Positions 34,701-47,021 of a stretch of DNA of 64,000 bases are shown here, piece by piece. The first letter of the stretch is position 1, and every line of letters begins with the position of its first letter. The translations under genes and the position numbers were made by a program. Source of the stretch: Pocillopora damicornis (Eukaryota); contig NW_020846447.1 in the NCBI RefSeq assembly GCF_003704095.1, forward strand, positions 186,001 to 250,000. Direction: 5' to 3'. The notes beneath the pieces were generated by a model that saw only the letters and a list, made by a program, of their open reading frames with translations, had not been told where the DNA came from and did no database searches.

Positions 34701-37353
34701 AAAGATTTTTTTTCTAATTCGTCCATCGATTTCTCCGACTCGTAACAAAGGCTCTCTAATTCTGAAGAAAAGTTAGCCATAAAAATAGCGAATTTAATAC
34801 CAAATAGGTTTTCACAAACACCTGTAATCTTACAAATCGCTGCACAGCAATGATTGTGCAATTTAGAAGACCATTAATAAGCTAAAATACTCACGCTTAA
34901 GACTAAAGTATTTTCAACTTTTATCGGGTATGTTTTCAATGTAAACACAGACTGTCAAGAGCTTTCTTAACAGTAGAGCGCGGTATAAACACTATTCCTG
35001 AATCCGTGATCTAACATTTCCCGTTTCCCTCGACATTTTCCGCTCCCTGGGGAACACAGTAGGACATTAATAGGGTTTTACCGATTAATGACAAAGGTTT
35101 CGAGGTTGATGCCTTTACGTCGCTTTTTGAGGTTGCGTGGAAAGGTTAAATAATTTAAGATAATGCCCTTCGAGTCTGGACGGTGTGCCTTTAATGGATA
35201 CAACAAAAAAACTTATTCCTGACGAACAACGATTAAACGAATATCTTTAATTCACGGCTATGACCATATCCTTGGCAATATTTTGCACTCCAGTTGTTGT
35301 GCCCATGGTGAACATACAGTGAATAATTTTCAGTCATATCTTTCCCATGTAACATAAACAAAGCCTCGACCCAAAGTAAAGTTTTCTTTTAACCAGAGAG
35401 GGAGTAAAAGCTGTTTATTTTCGAGCCATATACGAGATAACTTCAGTACAATCCAAGTATAACAATAAAAACTCGTCCCGTAAGATCTGGGCAAACACAA
35501 ATTATGTGCAATCATCATGCAACAAACATTTTTACATCGCTTTGGTAATAACCTTGTGGCACAATACCCAAAAAGATTTTATAAAATCCGTTCTACGGTT
35601 GGACTAAAAAAATACACCAGCTTGAATAATCCAAAGTCATTTGAGAACTTTCTACATCGTTTTATCACATCATGAGCTTTTAAATTGTACTCAGCATTGC
35701 GTGTAGTCAGGAGTGTATATGCCATCCACGTATTGTTTTTATTCGTCGAGCATAATATTTATTCTCTACAAGAAATGAAAAATTAGTTGAGGTGACTCAC
35801 CGTTTAGGTTTCTCTCTGCTCTCAATCCAGTGAAAAGCCATTGTTTTTTCCTCCGACGGAGAGATTGCCCAGAGAGTCGTTTTAACTTCGCTTCTTTTGA
35901 TCTTATTTCAGGAGCCATTTCCTGGGATCGAAAATGCTTTCAAGTTTACTCAGACCGGCTTCTGTGATTATTTAAAAGAAAAAGATAAACTGTAATAGAA
36001 TCTTGGCGGAATAAGACCATCAACTTATGGAAATTGACAAAAAAATAATTTTGATTGTGTCATTCCGTCAATTCTTTTTTACCAACCGTGTTTTAAGAAA
36101 TTGGCTCTCGACCTTTACCTTCGCGGAATCCATAACAAAACCCAATTTTTCAGTGTTTACCATATTTCATCACGTTACAGTAATTTCCACTGTTTTTATT
36201 CGCCCGTATTTATTCAGGCTCATTGAACGAATGGAATATTTTTCCGGCAATCTTTAGTTTGGGAAATCGAGTTTATTGACGTAATTGGATGACTCAAATC
36301 GATCTCGACTTCTGTTTATGGATGGAAACCTCTACTTCCGACAACTTGCAAGCTCACATCACTTCGCGCACGTAGGGAGTTCGTTGAGCTAAATATAGAT
36401 AGGCTGGGGTATCCCTTGAGCGGAATTTTTTTCAATACCTCCATTCATGAACACAAACGAAAATTGGTCAAAATTTCCCTTCAGGCGCGAGCGAAGCGTA
36501 TTGCACAGACGGTATTCGTGAAGATAAAAATATTGCCGCATCTAAACGTTGTAAGCACTGATCAAAAGTCTCTTGATTCGTTGTGGATTCAAACACATGT
36601 TCTGCTCTTCAATTAACCCAGAGGGAATTTAATTTAAAATTGTATCTAACAAAGAGAAATCTGCGATGGTTACTGGAGCGCTTACCTGAGAATTTCCATG
36701 CAGAGGGAAACTCGGTAAAATTAAGCTGAAAAAGATTTCTGTGCGAAGATCATGCAGCTGATTCTCGCAATCCGACCAGGCCTGCACAACACTGACAAGC
36801 TTTGAGGGTCGCACACCACAAAGTAAATTGATATCAATTTCCAGTTGCCCAATATCCGAGCTGGCCGGACGCGCGCTATGGGGTTAACGCACTTTCAAAC
36901 GACCAACCCTGGCGTTGCAAGATCGATGCTAACAAAACAGCTGATCGAAAATATTACAACAAGCCTGCAAGTGTCGTGAAGTGTAGCATTGGCTGCACGG
37001 ATATTCATGGGTTGAATCAATAATTTATTCCAAGTCAAGGTTGTAACCAAAATTTGCATCTGCTATACAATGATATCGCTTTTTGGGAATGACGCAACAG
37101 TTCTCTAGGAATCGAACGATTTTGAGCTTGACTAATCAAAGATTTCATTTTTTCAACTTTGGCGATTTGTTTTGAGCTTTAGTACTATTTTGAAAACGCA
37201 AATCAACAACAGATGCGCCTGATTGCTTTTATTCCTTGTTAGAGGTAAGTGAAAAGGTTTTTGTCACGCGTCACACCATCTTGTTAGGTAAATTTGGCCC
37301 AGAACAACTCCTCGTACGAGGAGGACTGGACCAATTCTAGAAAAAATTTCAAA

Positions 37354-40300
37354 ATGGCGGACGAAGACGAGGAAGATTATATGTCGGACAAATTTTTGCT
37401 AAGCACGACTGATAACAATCCAGGTTTAGTTCCAGACAAAGTAGCAAAGAAGTATAGGAGAGAGATGAAGCATAAGGAGTTGAATCAGCGAAACAAAATG
37501 AAACCGATGAGAGAAAGGGAGATGGAACATCGTGAACAGGGTCTAGCAAATGCTTTAGACAGCAGTAATAAAGGATTCGCTATGCTACAGAAAATGGGAT
37601 TCAAAAAAGGAATGGGCTTGGGAAAAGAAGGTACGTTAAAGAGTTTCCTGCAGGAATATTGCACCCATGTGAAAGGCATACAGTTTTCGGGATACAAAGT
37701 CTGCAGCGAAAGTTAAGGTATAACTGAATGGTATCTCAGGAGATTTTATATCTTTAGGTATTTTTTAAGTATTCAGTACATAATTGTACCTGTAACTACG
37801 AGATATTTTAAGGGCTGGATATGTAGCAAGCAGTTAAAATTTCATTTAAGACTTAAGATGTGCTTTCTTATTACTGTTTATTTTTATTTTTGTGGAACTG
37901 TATGTACCAGTTTATTATATATATATTTATATATTGTATGTACCAGTCTTTTGAAACCAACTTTTGATAAGAAACCAGATGCAAAAAATTTGATTTTTCT
38001 ATGAAAAATGTACTATTCTCATTTACGATTGACCACACTCATTGGAAGCCTCTAAATAAAAAAAATGGAGTTTACTTTTGATCGCAGAATATTTAATTTC
38101 ATGCAAGTGCACGTTCATTACTTAGTATACATAAACACGTGGAGTGGACTCCTTACACCTTGAACTGACTTGAATCTTCAAGGGAATAAGGTCGATCATC
38201 AAGAGTTTGAGTTTTTAGAATCTTAGATCAAATAAATGGAAATAAAGAGAAAAGCACTGTTCACCCAATTTCTAATTGTGCTGGCAAATGTAAACAAATT
38301 TAGTTACAGTGGAGAGGAATCAAGAAAAATAGAACAGTTTAAAGGAAGAAAGGAAGTGTTGGCAAAGCTTTTTGGTGATAAAATGTAATGTAAACTAGCA
38401 ATACATGAACAGATCTGAGACAATTTGCTCTCTGCAAAGAATAAAAAATAAAGAAGAAAAGAAGAAAAGAGAAAAGGTAAAGTTGGAAAAATTGGAAGTT
38501 TCTTCAAAGTAAATTCCAATTTTGAATCAAAGCACTTTTTTTACTTGCTTGAAGTCGGGAGGCTGTAAGTTACGCAAGTCAACTTTTATGATGTTGAATT
38601 AAATATTCATGTTTGTAATCAATCATGCGTAAATGATATCGCATGTCTAGGTTTTATGCAAATCTAAAATGTGTATTTGATATTTGCTTTGTTTATGAGC
38701 ATCTTAAGATTCCGGACACATCTCTACTGCTAAATCTTGTGTACTGATAGACTTAAGTTGCAAGTTGTGGACATGTCTTCCGTGTTACGATCATGACTCT
38801 GTCTATAAAATGTAGTTCTTCATTCAAAAATATATAAATTCAGACTTATTAGCACCCTTAGTGTTTAAAGTTGTTATGAATACGCAGTTTTAAAACAATC
38901 TGATGAAACTGTCATCCACTGAGTTTGCTTGATGTTTCAAATCTGCCAATTAGTTTAAATGTCATTACCTATTGTGGCTCTGAAATACAGCGACTTGTAT
39001 TTTGTATTTTGCTATTCATTCCACTCTTGTAATCAACCAGAACTCGATTTGCTCTGATTGCAACCATCAAAATAATTTTCTAGTCACTCTGTGTTATCAT
39101 TTTGTTTGAAGAGCTGAACAATGTTTTGGCTGTAGTTTACTGTGTACAAACATACCATGTAACTGGTGTAGTCTGATAGTTAAGCTTCTTATTGCCCACT
39201 TGATCATAAGAAATCAATGTAACGTGAAGAACCTGCAAGGTCAAGAATGTCTTAATTTAGTTTGATTAAGCTTGCTTTGGAGGTGTGATTAGGGAGGGAT
39301 GTGGGAGGTGAAGCCCAAGGGAGACTGGGATAGTATTGTTAAGACTGATCAGTGGTGGATTAGCCTTAGTCCTTTCTCAGGGCTCTCTCTTGGGGGAGTC
39401 CTTGTATACATTAAAGATATTTTGATTCAAGTCTGGTATGATCTTGTCATGAAATTATATTTAATATGAACAAACTATCTTCTCTCAAGATGAACTGAGC
39501 AATTGCTTTCTGTTTCACAACAAGTAGCCATTAACATTATTATCATGACTTTTTCGGCAACAACACATTATCAAGATGAGTGTTCTTTCTCCCTTTTAAA
39601 TTGTTTGTAAGTTTACATTAAGCAAAATGACTCAATGCTTTTTGACACAGTACACATACACTGTATGAAACTTGGTGGACTACTGCACTGAGAATTTGAA
39701 TCAAGCAAAAAATTTGTTATAACTCAGTTATTACAATAAAATTAAGCAATGCAGTTACCATCATGATCACTGTACAAAATTCTCATTATTTCTTATCTTA
39801 GGGACTGGAAGAGCCGAACCTATACCATTGACTGTTAAAGCAGGTTTGAGTACTTTTATTTACTTCTTTGCCTTAGATTGAACCTGGATGGCATGGCTCC
39901 ATGAGACATCGCAGTCGAATCCACACCAAAGAAATAAAAAATGATCGGTTATTCCATCTTTTATAGATCGTGGAGGCCTTGGGCGTGATATGCTCTTAAA
40001 AAGACAGAGAGAGGTGAAAGAGGCATTAAAACATGAAACTGCAAAGAAAAGAGTGAAGATTGAGGAGAAGCAGAGAGACAACTTCAGAAAACACATGAGT
40101 GGCAGGTTTGCCGAGAGGCAAACATCAAGTGATTTATATAAGAGCCAAAAAGCATGTGAACAGCTGGACAAATCAAAGGTGAGGAGCTGTAAGGATGTTA
40201 GAAGCTCACTTATAAATAAGTTTTTGTTTTCTTGTTTAATACTGGGCTAAAACATGGCCTCATCAGATACAGAGAGGCCTAACATATCAAAAGTGTTTTA

Positions 40301-41975
40301 AAGGAATATCTACAGTGTATAATTGCTCAATAATTGCTCTTACGAAGGGTTAATGCTTGAAATGTCAGCCTTTAATCTCTATGGTGGCCAATTTAAGTTT
40401 TCAACTCAGTTGTTAACAGTAAATTACCTGTTATACTCTCCCACTGACGCAGCACCACAGTTTCTCTAGAAACTTACCCCCTTTATTTTACAGCTTGCAT
40501 AGTTTTGAAAATTAGTATTGTGTTATATTTATGATTTATCACTGAATGTTCACTTTTTTCTAATTATTTTGTGTTTTCTTTGATGCTATTTTTTATGAAG
40601 AAATTGAATAAGTGGATTTGAAAGGTTACTAAGCATAGGTGAATTATAATTTTTTGCTATCACTTCTCTAACTTGTAGGACTTACCTTGTGTCGAGAAGT
40701 GGTTTTGGCCACAGGAGGAAACAAAGGAAGATGATGAGAATAAGGAAGAAGATGAAGAAGAAAATGATGAGGAAGAGGAGGAAGAGTTGGAGGTTAGTTG
40801 TCCCTCAGGAGGAAAATATAGAAAGCTTTCTTTGGTGCATGCTTCCACATTCATTGTCAGTTTTAGTTATTGGTATACAATATTTTTGCAATGTCAATGT
40901 CAGTATGTCAAAGCCTTGGACATTTCAATATTGGAGATTGATATGATAAACTCTTTTTGATGGAATATGGTACTGTGAATAAATTATTTGCAGAGTTGTT
41001 GGAGTGAAGAATCATGGAAGGGCTTGCTCTTCAATCTAGTAAGATTTCTCGAAGAATTTTTTTTTCCTGAAACTTCACAATTTCAACCACATTTGCCAAA
41101 ACTACCATGAGAATTTCTATAATAATCTACTCCTGACTCTGAGAAAAGTTCCTTAGTTCCTTTTATATCTGGCGAGTGTTGTTTGCATGTTAAAGAATTA
41201 AACCAGGTTATGTGGTTGTGAAGGTGGTTGTAACATAGGGTTTAGGTTGAAAAAGCTCATTTTGATACTCCAACAAACAGCAAGCAGTTATTAGGGCCAT
41301 CATAGTGATTTGTTTTTCCGTGGGCATACAGTATGTTAGCAGCTTATATGTAGCCCAGTAATTTATGCCTGCATAGTTCCAACACTGTGATGTTTTCTTG
41401 CATGCTGGACAACAGCCATCAGAGAAGCTCATGCACCTAACGATGTACTTGAGAAGAACTCATCAATACTGTATTTGGTGTGGGACCAAGTANNNNNNNN
41501 NNNNNNNNNNNNNNNNNNNNNNNNNNNNNNNNNNNNNNNNNNNNNNNNNNNNNNNNNNNNNNNNNGGGCAAGTGGGGAGGGCTGTCCCAAGAGATCTGAA
41601 GGAGATGGCTTCATCTTGCATTTCCCACACAAGCCTTTGCGTCATTTGACATCTTTATGGGGAATGGGTAGGAACAGTGTATTTTAGTCTAGCATGTGTA
41701 TGGGGGGGGATGGATTTAGCTTGGCGAAGGTCATTCTGTTGTGCTGTGCCGGTCCACCGTGATGTGTTACAGTTTCACGAAGTGAAGGTGAACAAAAAGA
41801 TTTTGTGGCAGAACCATCTCAGAGGTTAAGATAAACATTATGTTCTTTTTAATTTTAAAGCAAAAATGCAGCTGCAATCTTTCAATACTAAAGTAAGGAT
41901 AATTTTGTTTTCTTTTTAGATGATCAGGACATGGCCGACAACTGTCCGGGAGATTCAGCACAAGATCATGAATAA
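37354..41975 (+). CDS. GPATCH11: G-patch domain-containing protein 11 (CCDC75); exons ~37354-37630, 39802-39843, 39967-40178, 40679-40792, 41416-(gap), 41920-41975
   Basis: MADEDEEDYMSD; G-patch SNKGFAMLQKMGFKKGMGLGKEG-TGRAEPI; SQKACEQLD; KWFWP; YLRRTHQYCIWCGTK; DNCPGDSAQDHE*. Confidence 0.93.
40338..40485 (+). mobile_element. Solo Penelope pLTR-like remnant; another at ~63770-63900
   Basis: cgaagggttaatgcttgaaatgtcag...tcaactcagttgttaa...ctcccactgacgcagcaccacagtttctctagaaacttacccc, homologous to 4925-5075 reversed. Confidence 0.75.
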
Positions 41976-42935
41976 CAATCATGAAGGAAGAAGAGAAAAA
42001 ACCAGGTTATTTTATAGAGTCCATCAAATTTGTGTTAAGATTTTCATCACGATGACTTTCGAACGAATACCGGTAGTAATGAATGTTACGACCATACTCG
42101 TCAGAGAAAATACCGATTGTCGTTGTTCACGCCCGAATGGGTATTCACGACCGAAGTCGATCTTAACTGATCACTGGCGATCAGAACTTGATGGCAGGTT
42201 GCGATTATAATTGAGAGAGGCGATTGTTCACGAAAGTAATCGCATGGCTAGCGACAGCTAGACTACGGGGACAAGTGATGGAGAATATAAGGCTGACAGG
42301 GTTCTCATTGACGATGGACAAACTGAAGATGACTTTTTTCCTTAAATGTCAGCTTAACTTTTCTCGGAAACTTAGGGATGGTGAATGAAAGTTAAAAATC
42401 TCTCTCGAAATCTTGCTACCTTTAGCAACGAGTCTCCAAGTCTCGTTAATGGTGCATTTAGTTATATATTCATCTAAAATGATGTCTGGTATATTTTTTC
42501 AAAATCTAAAAGTCTCGGATTTGTTCATACAGCCGACGAGCTTGGTCAAAAGTTCGTTAGGATGGTCGAGATTTATCTTTATTAGCGACAAAATCCTATG
42601 AGCGCGTTGGGCGCTCTATAAAGAGAGGCGAATGCTTATATGCTTTTCTGCCGAGGAGAACATGCGCATCACACACCAAGAGGAAGGATACACCGCATTA
42701 CAACTCAATTAAGAAGAGGAATTCAGCTATTTCCCTTTCGTAGACATTTTAAGCACCCTGTTGAACTAACCGAGGTAACAGTTAAGTGAATTAAACTATT
42801 AAAGTTGAAAATAAAGTAGTACTTTCTCCGGATGAACTGGAAAATGAACATGACAAAATGTCAGGGAAGCTTCTCATGTCCCAAATGCTGTCATGATGTA
42901 TAGGCATGACTAATTACAAGAATTGCAAGAGTACA

Positions 42936-44615
42936 TGGCGAGCGCCTCTCCGGAAAAAAGGAAAAAACAATTCAAGCACAGAAATGTTCGTTTGCGTAAG
43001 TTAAGTATGAATAATTGTGTAACAAATATCCTCACTTTTACTGAACTCTTTGCTTTTGTTGAAATAGGACGCATCTAATTTTATCCTGAATATTTTTTAA
43101 TGCACTTTGCAGGAGGGGACTGAGTTAAATTAAATGCACTCAACACCTCCTTTCTGATCCTCTGATAGGGGAGGAAATTTTCTCACTTTAACACTTGAGA
43201 GCTAAGCCAAAGTACAACATTATAACGAGGAAGGAAGTGGTGACAGGTTTTCAAAACCTTATCCGGGTCACATGCAAGCGTTCCGCTGAGATCGTGGGAA
43301 TGAAATCAAAACGGCACATTGCTCACACAGGGAGTTTCATCAGTAGGAGTCTCATCAATGTTTACACAATAATTAATCCCTGTCACATTATTATTCGATG
43401 TTCGACCGTGGTCTGGTTTGAAAATTGTATTTGAGGAATAAGAGCCAGTTAAGAACCTTGATTCGTTTCGAACCTTTCATGTAAAGTCAAATTTAGCAGA
43501 CATCAAGTTAAATCATGTGACAGGTACTTTGACCTTGTGCACCAAAGAGGCTTACATAACAAAACACAACATGATAGTTTTCCTGGCCACGTTCGCCTCA
43601 AGCTGTAGTTTATGTAAATAATTAAGCACGTAACCCGAAGAACATTTTGAGAACTTTTCCAGGCTCACAAAAAGCGGCATAACACAAAAGAGAGATGAAA
43701 AAAATAACAAAAATTAGAAGGTTCAACCTCGGCTCTAAAATTCTACGCTCTTAAAAAAAAGTACATTGTGTACCCAATGGAAGAGGCAAAAGTTAGCTTC
43801 CATACCTTTCCATGCCTACATGATAGAGATTACATTTTCCTTGCTACGTAATTTACTGAGACCTTACCGGCAATAAAAACAATTTTCCTTTTCTTTCGCT
43901 TGTACCATAGGGTGGGACAACCATGCAGAAAATTGATCATAAGTCACGTACTGTGCAATTGATAGTTCACAGGAAGCTACAGGGAGATGCCGGACGCTTG
44001 TAGTTCTAGGCGATTTCATCAAATAACCATAAACTGTACAGATATCAAAAAATAAAGGCGAAAGAAATACTTACGTTAGTGTAATTTTTGTTTTTTTTCC
44101 AACTCACATCACCTATAACACATTTCATTCGTCAGCACCAAAACATTCACAAGGGAACGAGACGATCAATTTTATGGCAGCTAGAGAGGGTGAACTCTGG
44201 ATCAGCTCCGGTGGTCGACACTCAACCGGAAGAGGTGATGGGNNNNNNNNNNNNNNNNNNNNNNNNNNNNNNNNNNNNNNNNNNNNNNNNNNNNNNNNNN
44301 NNNNNNNNNNNNNNNNNNNNNNNNNNNNNNNNNNNNNNNNNNTTATTTCCTTTGAAAATCCTGGCATCTGAACCTAATTTTCATTATTTATTCTCCACCC
44401 TTTGGTAAAGGAACGCCATTAATCACGTGGTTGACCCAAGTTCATCAGAAATGACGGCATGGGACTCTGCACAGGGGACTGGTACGGTGCAAACAGATAA
44501 TGCACCAACCATACAACGGTACAACAAGTCGACACAAACTGCAGCTCTACTGATGGATCATTTGGTGACACCAGAGAGGCCCTCACAGCGCCTTCCTCCC
44601 ATCACAAGCAAATAA
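42936..44615 (+). CDS. Possible small uncharacterised multi-exon gene
   Basis: ATGGCG start MASASPEKRKKQFKHRNVRL followed by a gtaagt donor; candidate exons ~43202+, 44136-44234, ~44411-44615; full frame not verified and a gap lies inside. Confidence 0.3.
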
Positions 44616-46389
44616 TACTGATATTCATCAGTATCAAGTATTAGTCAACGAATAAAGTGAACACTGATTTGTTTGTCCAGGGTGAATATCACATATTTCT
44701 CTTCGACTTCGGAAGTGGGCTTGATATCTGACATATTATAATTTAAAAGGAACTGGCTAATGAGAACTTTACATTAATTCATGATTGTCACATAGCGAGA
44801 GCACTGAAGACAAAACATTGTGGGAGGTCATGGAGCTCACAACATAAACTGTAGCACCGTTGTTTTCATATGTCAATTCTCTGGCTCTTCTAACCATAAG
44901 TGTTCATTTTTAGCTAATATAACCGGTTCCCATCAACGGGAGCCTCTATATCCGCTAGTTCCTTGAAAACACTCCTTCCCGTTGAGTCCACCGTGAATCG
45001 CAAAAACTGATTTCGCTGCTCAATGCATATGAGCGGATGTTTGACATAAAACAATAGGATTATCATACCTCTGTTTTGATTGCATGGGTCTTAGAACTCA
45101 AAACTTCCTCTGGAAGCCTTTTTATTAATGGATCTATTCAGGAAAGGGTTGACTCCAAGGCTTTACAGAGGAGATGGAGGATCTTAGCGACTGGCTACTG
45201 AAGTTAACCAGTGTGCGTTTAATGCCTTAAAATGTCTTCTCCCTCTGTAATTTCTTTCTGTAATGAACAGCAGGTACCCATTTAAATCAATTTATTTGTG
45301 TGTAGGATTAAAAGAAAAGTTCGCCGCGACAAAAGCGTAATAAAAACAATATGTAATGAACGGTTTGGTGTTTTAAGACTAGCAGTCTTTAATGAAATGT
45401 TGTGGTGAGATCATAAAAGTTTTAGATGCTAATAAAACAAGCTCGGGGTCCCTTTATAATTCATCAACTAATTGCCTGCAAGTCAAAACGAAGTCTTTGA
45501 CGACCTCTGCTCTTCCCATTTGACGTCTTCCCGTGATGACGAGAGTTGAATGAACCATAAAGGTCGTATTCATACACAAAAGTCACTAGAGTTTCACCGT
45601 GATATTGCGACAAGCAGCAAAGTGCGTAAGAAAATGAAGAAGTGAGATCAACGTCTGATACCAAAAAAAAAAAATATATGATGAACAGCTATTCTTGAAT
45701 TGTCTTGGCAAATAGGAGAGGGGAGGAGGGAAGGGGGAGGCAAGCAGCGTTTTACGGATAAAATTTAACCAAGGCTCTCTATTCATGAAACCTGCCAAAT
45801 CCGCAAAAATGTGAGAAAAAAGGACTACACCTACAAGTGCGCCTTTCTAGAAACTTTCAAACCCGCCCTGTCAAAAATACTAGCGTTAGTTCGCTATGTA
45901 GATAGCAACAAGTTAAAGGGTAATGGTTTACAGCCGGAATTTTTTAAACCTTAAATTGAGAGCTTACCGACAGACGATGGTAGTTTCTTTTGGTAACGCT
46001 TCTCACCCACCACCACGGAAAGATATTTCTAAAGAAAATTCCATTCATGTAAATGGTACAGTGCGGCCGTTCATAACTTAGAGGCACTTATGTCCAGGCT
46101 TTAAATACGAAAGACCAGGGATAACTAACCGCACAAATAACAAAGAAAAAATTGAATTCACTTTTTCTCGTTAAAAATTGCTGCGCGAAGAATCCTGATA
46201 ATACATATCACAACTGGTATTTACTATTACAACAATCTCTCTATTGAAAGTTTGGTCACAAAAGACAAATTAAGCTTGTTAATTACCTCATAACTACGCG
46301 GTTAACCCAAAGGTGAATCATTCTGTTATCGCGCACACAGAATATGAGTTGTCTCTTCTGCTTTCATAAAATAACCTTTTGCTTAACTG

Positions 46390-46460
46390 TATTCCACGAG
46401 CGCGCGTTGGACATGAGATTGTTATGACCAATCTCGTATCCAACAAGAACGAATGAAATA
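46390..46460. repeat. Short hairpin repeat
   Basis: gttggacatgagattg...caatctcgtatccaac inverted arms. Confidence 0.6.
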
Positions 46461-47021
46461 ATTGTCTAATCAAATTTCATTACATCCTGAAATTTTGGAT
46501 ATTTGAGGCTTTTTCAGCTCCGCAACAGTTAACGCAGAGCATTTCCAAGTAAGGTGACTCGGAACATAAGCTGATAATCGGAGTTGGAATCAGAACGCCA
46601 GACATGTAATATTCGGAGTTGAAAATTCAATAATGGACAATACTCGTGCCCTGCTTTTCTTATGTTCTGTCACTTGTGTTCTTGCAAGGAGAATACCCTT
46701 GTTTAAATTACCTTGCTCTACTTATTTATATTTAAATGGAGTTCTTGTCCAAAGGTTTGCAACCAGTAAGTCACAGGCCACATCTGTTTTCATCACCGAA
46801 ACAAAGAGCAGTAAATCAGCATTTCATGATTTCATGCAATTCTCGAAGAACAACCTTTTCTGGCGAATTGAAGAGTGGAACTGAAGCCTGTTTCTTAACT
46901 ATGTGTATCTTCAGTACGGGTTTACGTAATGATTGAAAACTACCAGAAGTTATTCAAAAAAGAAAAAAGACAACAACAACAACACTAGAAACAACGAGCC
47001 TTAAGGCGCTTCCAGGTTTAA

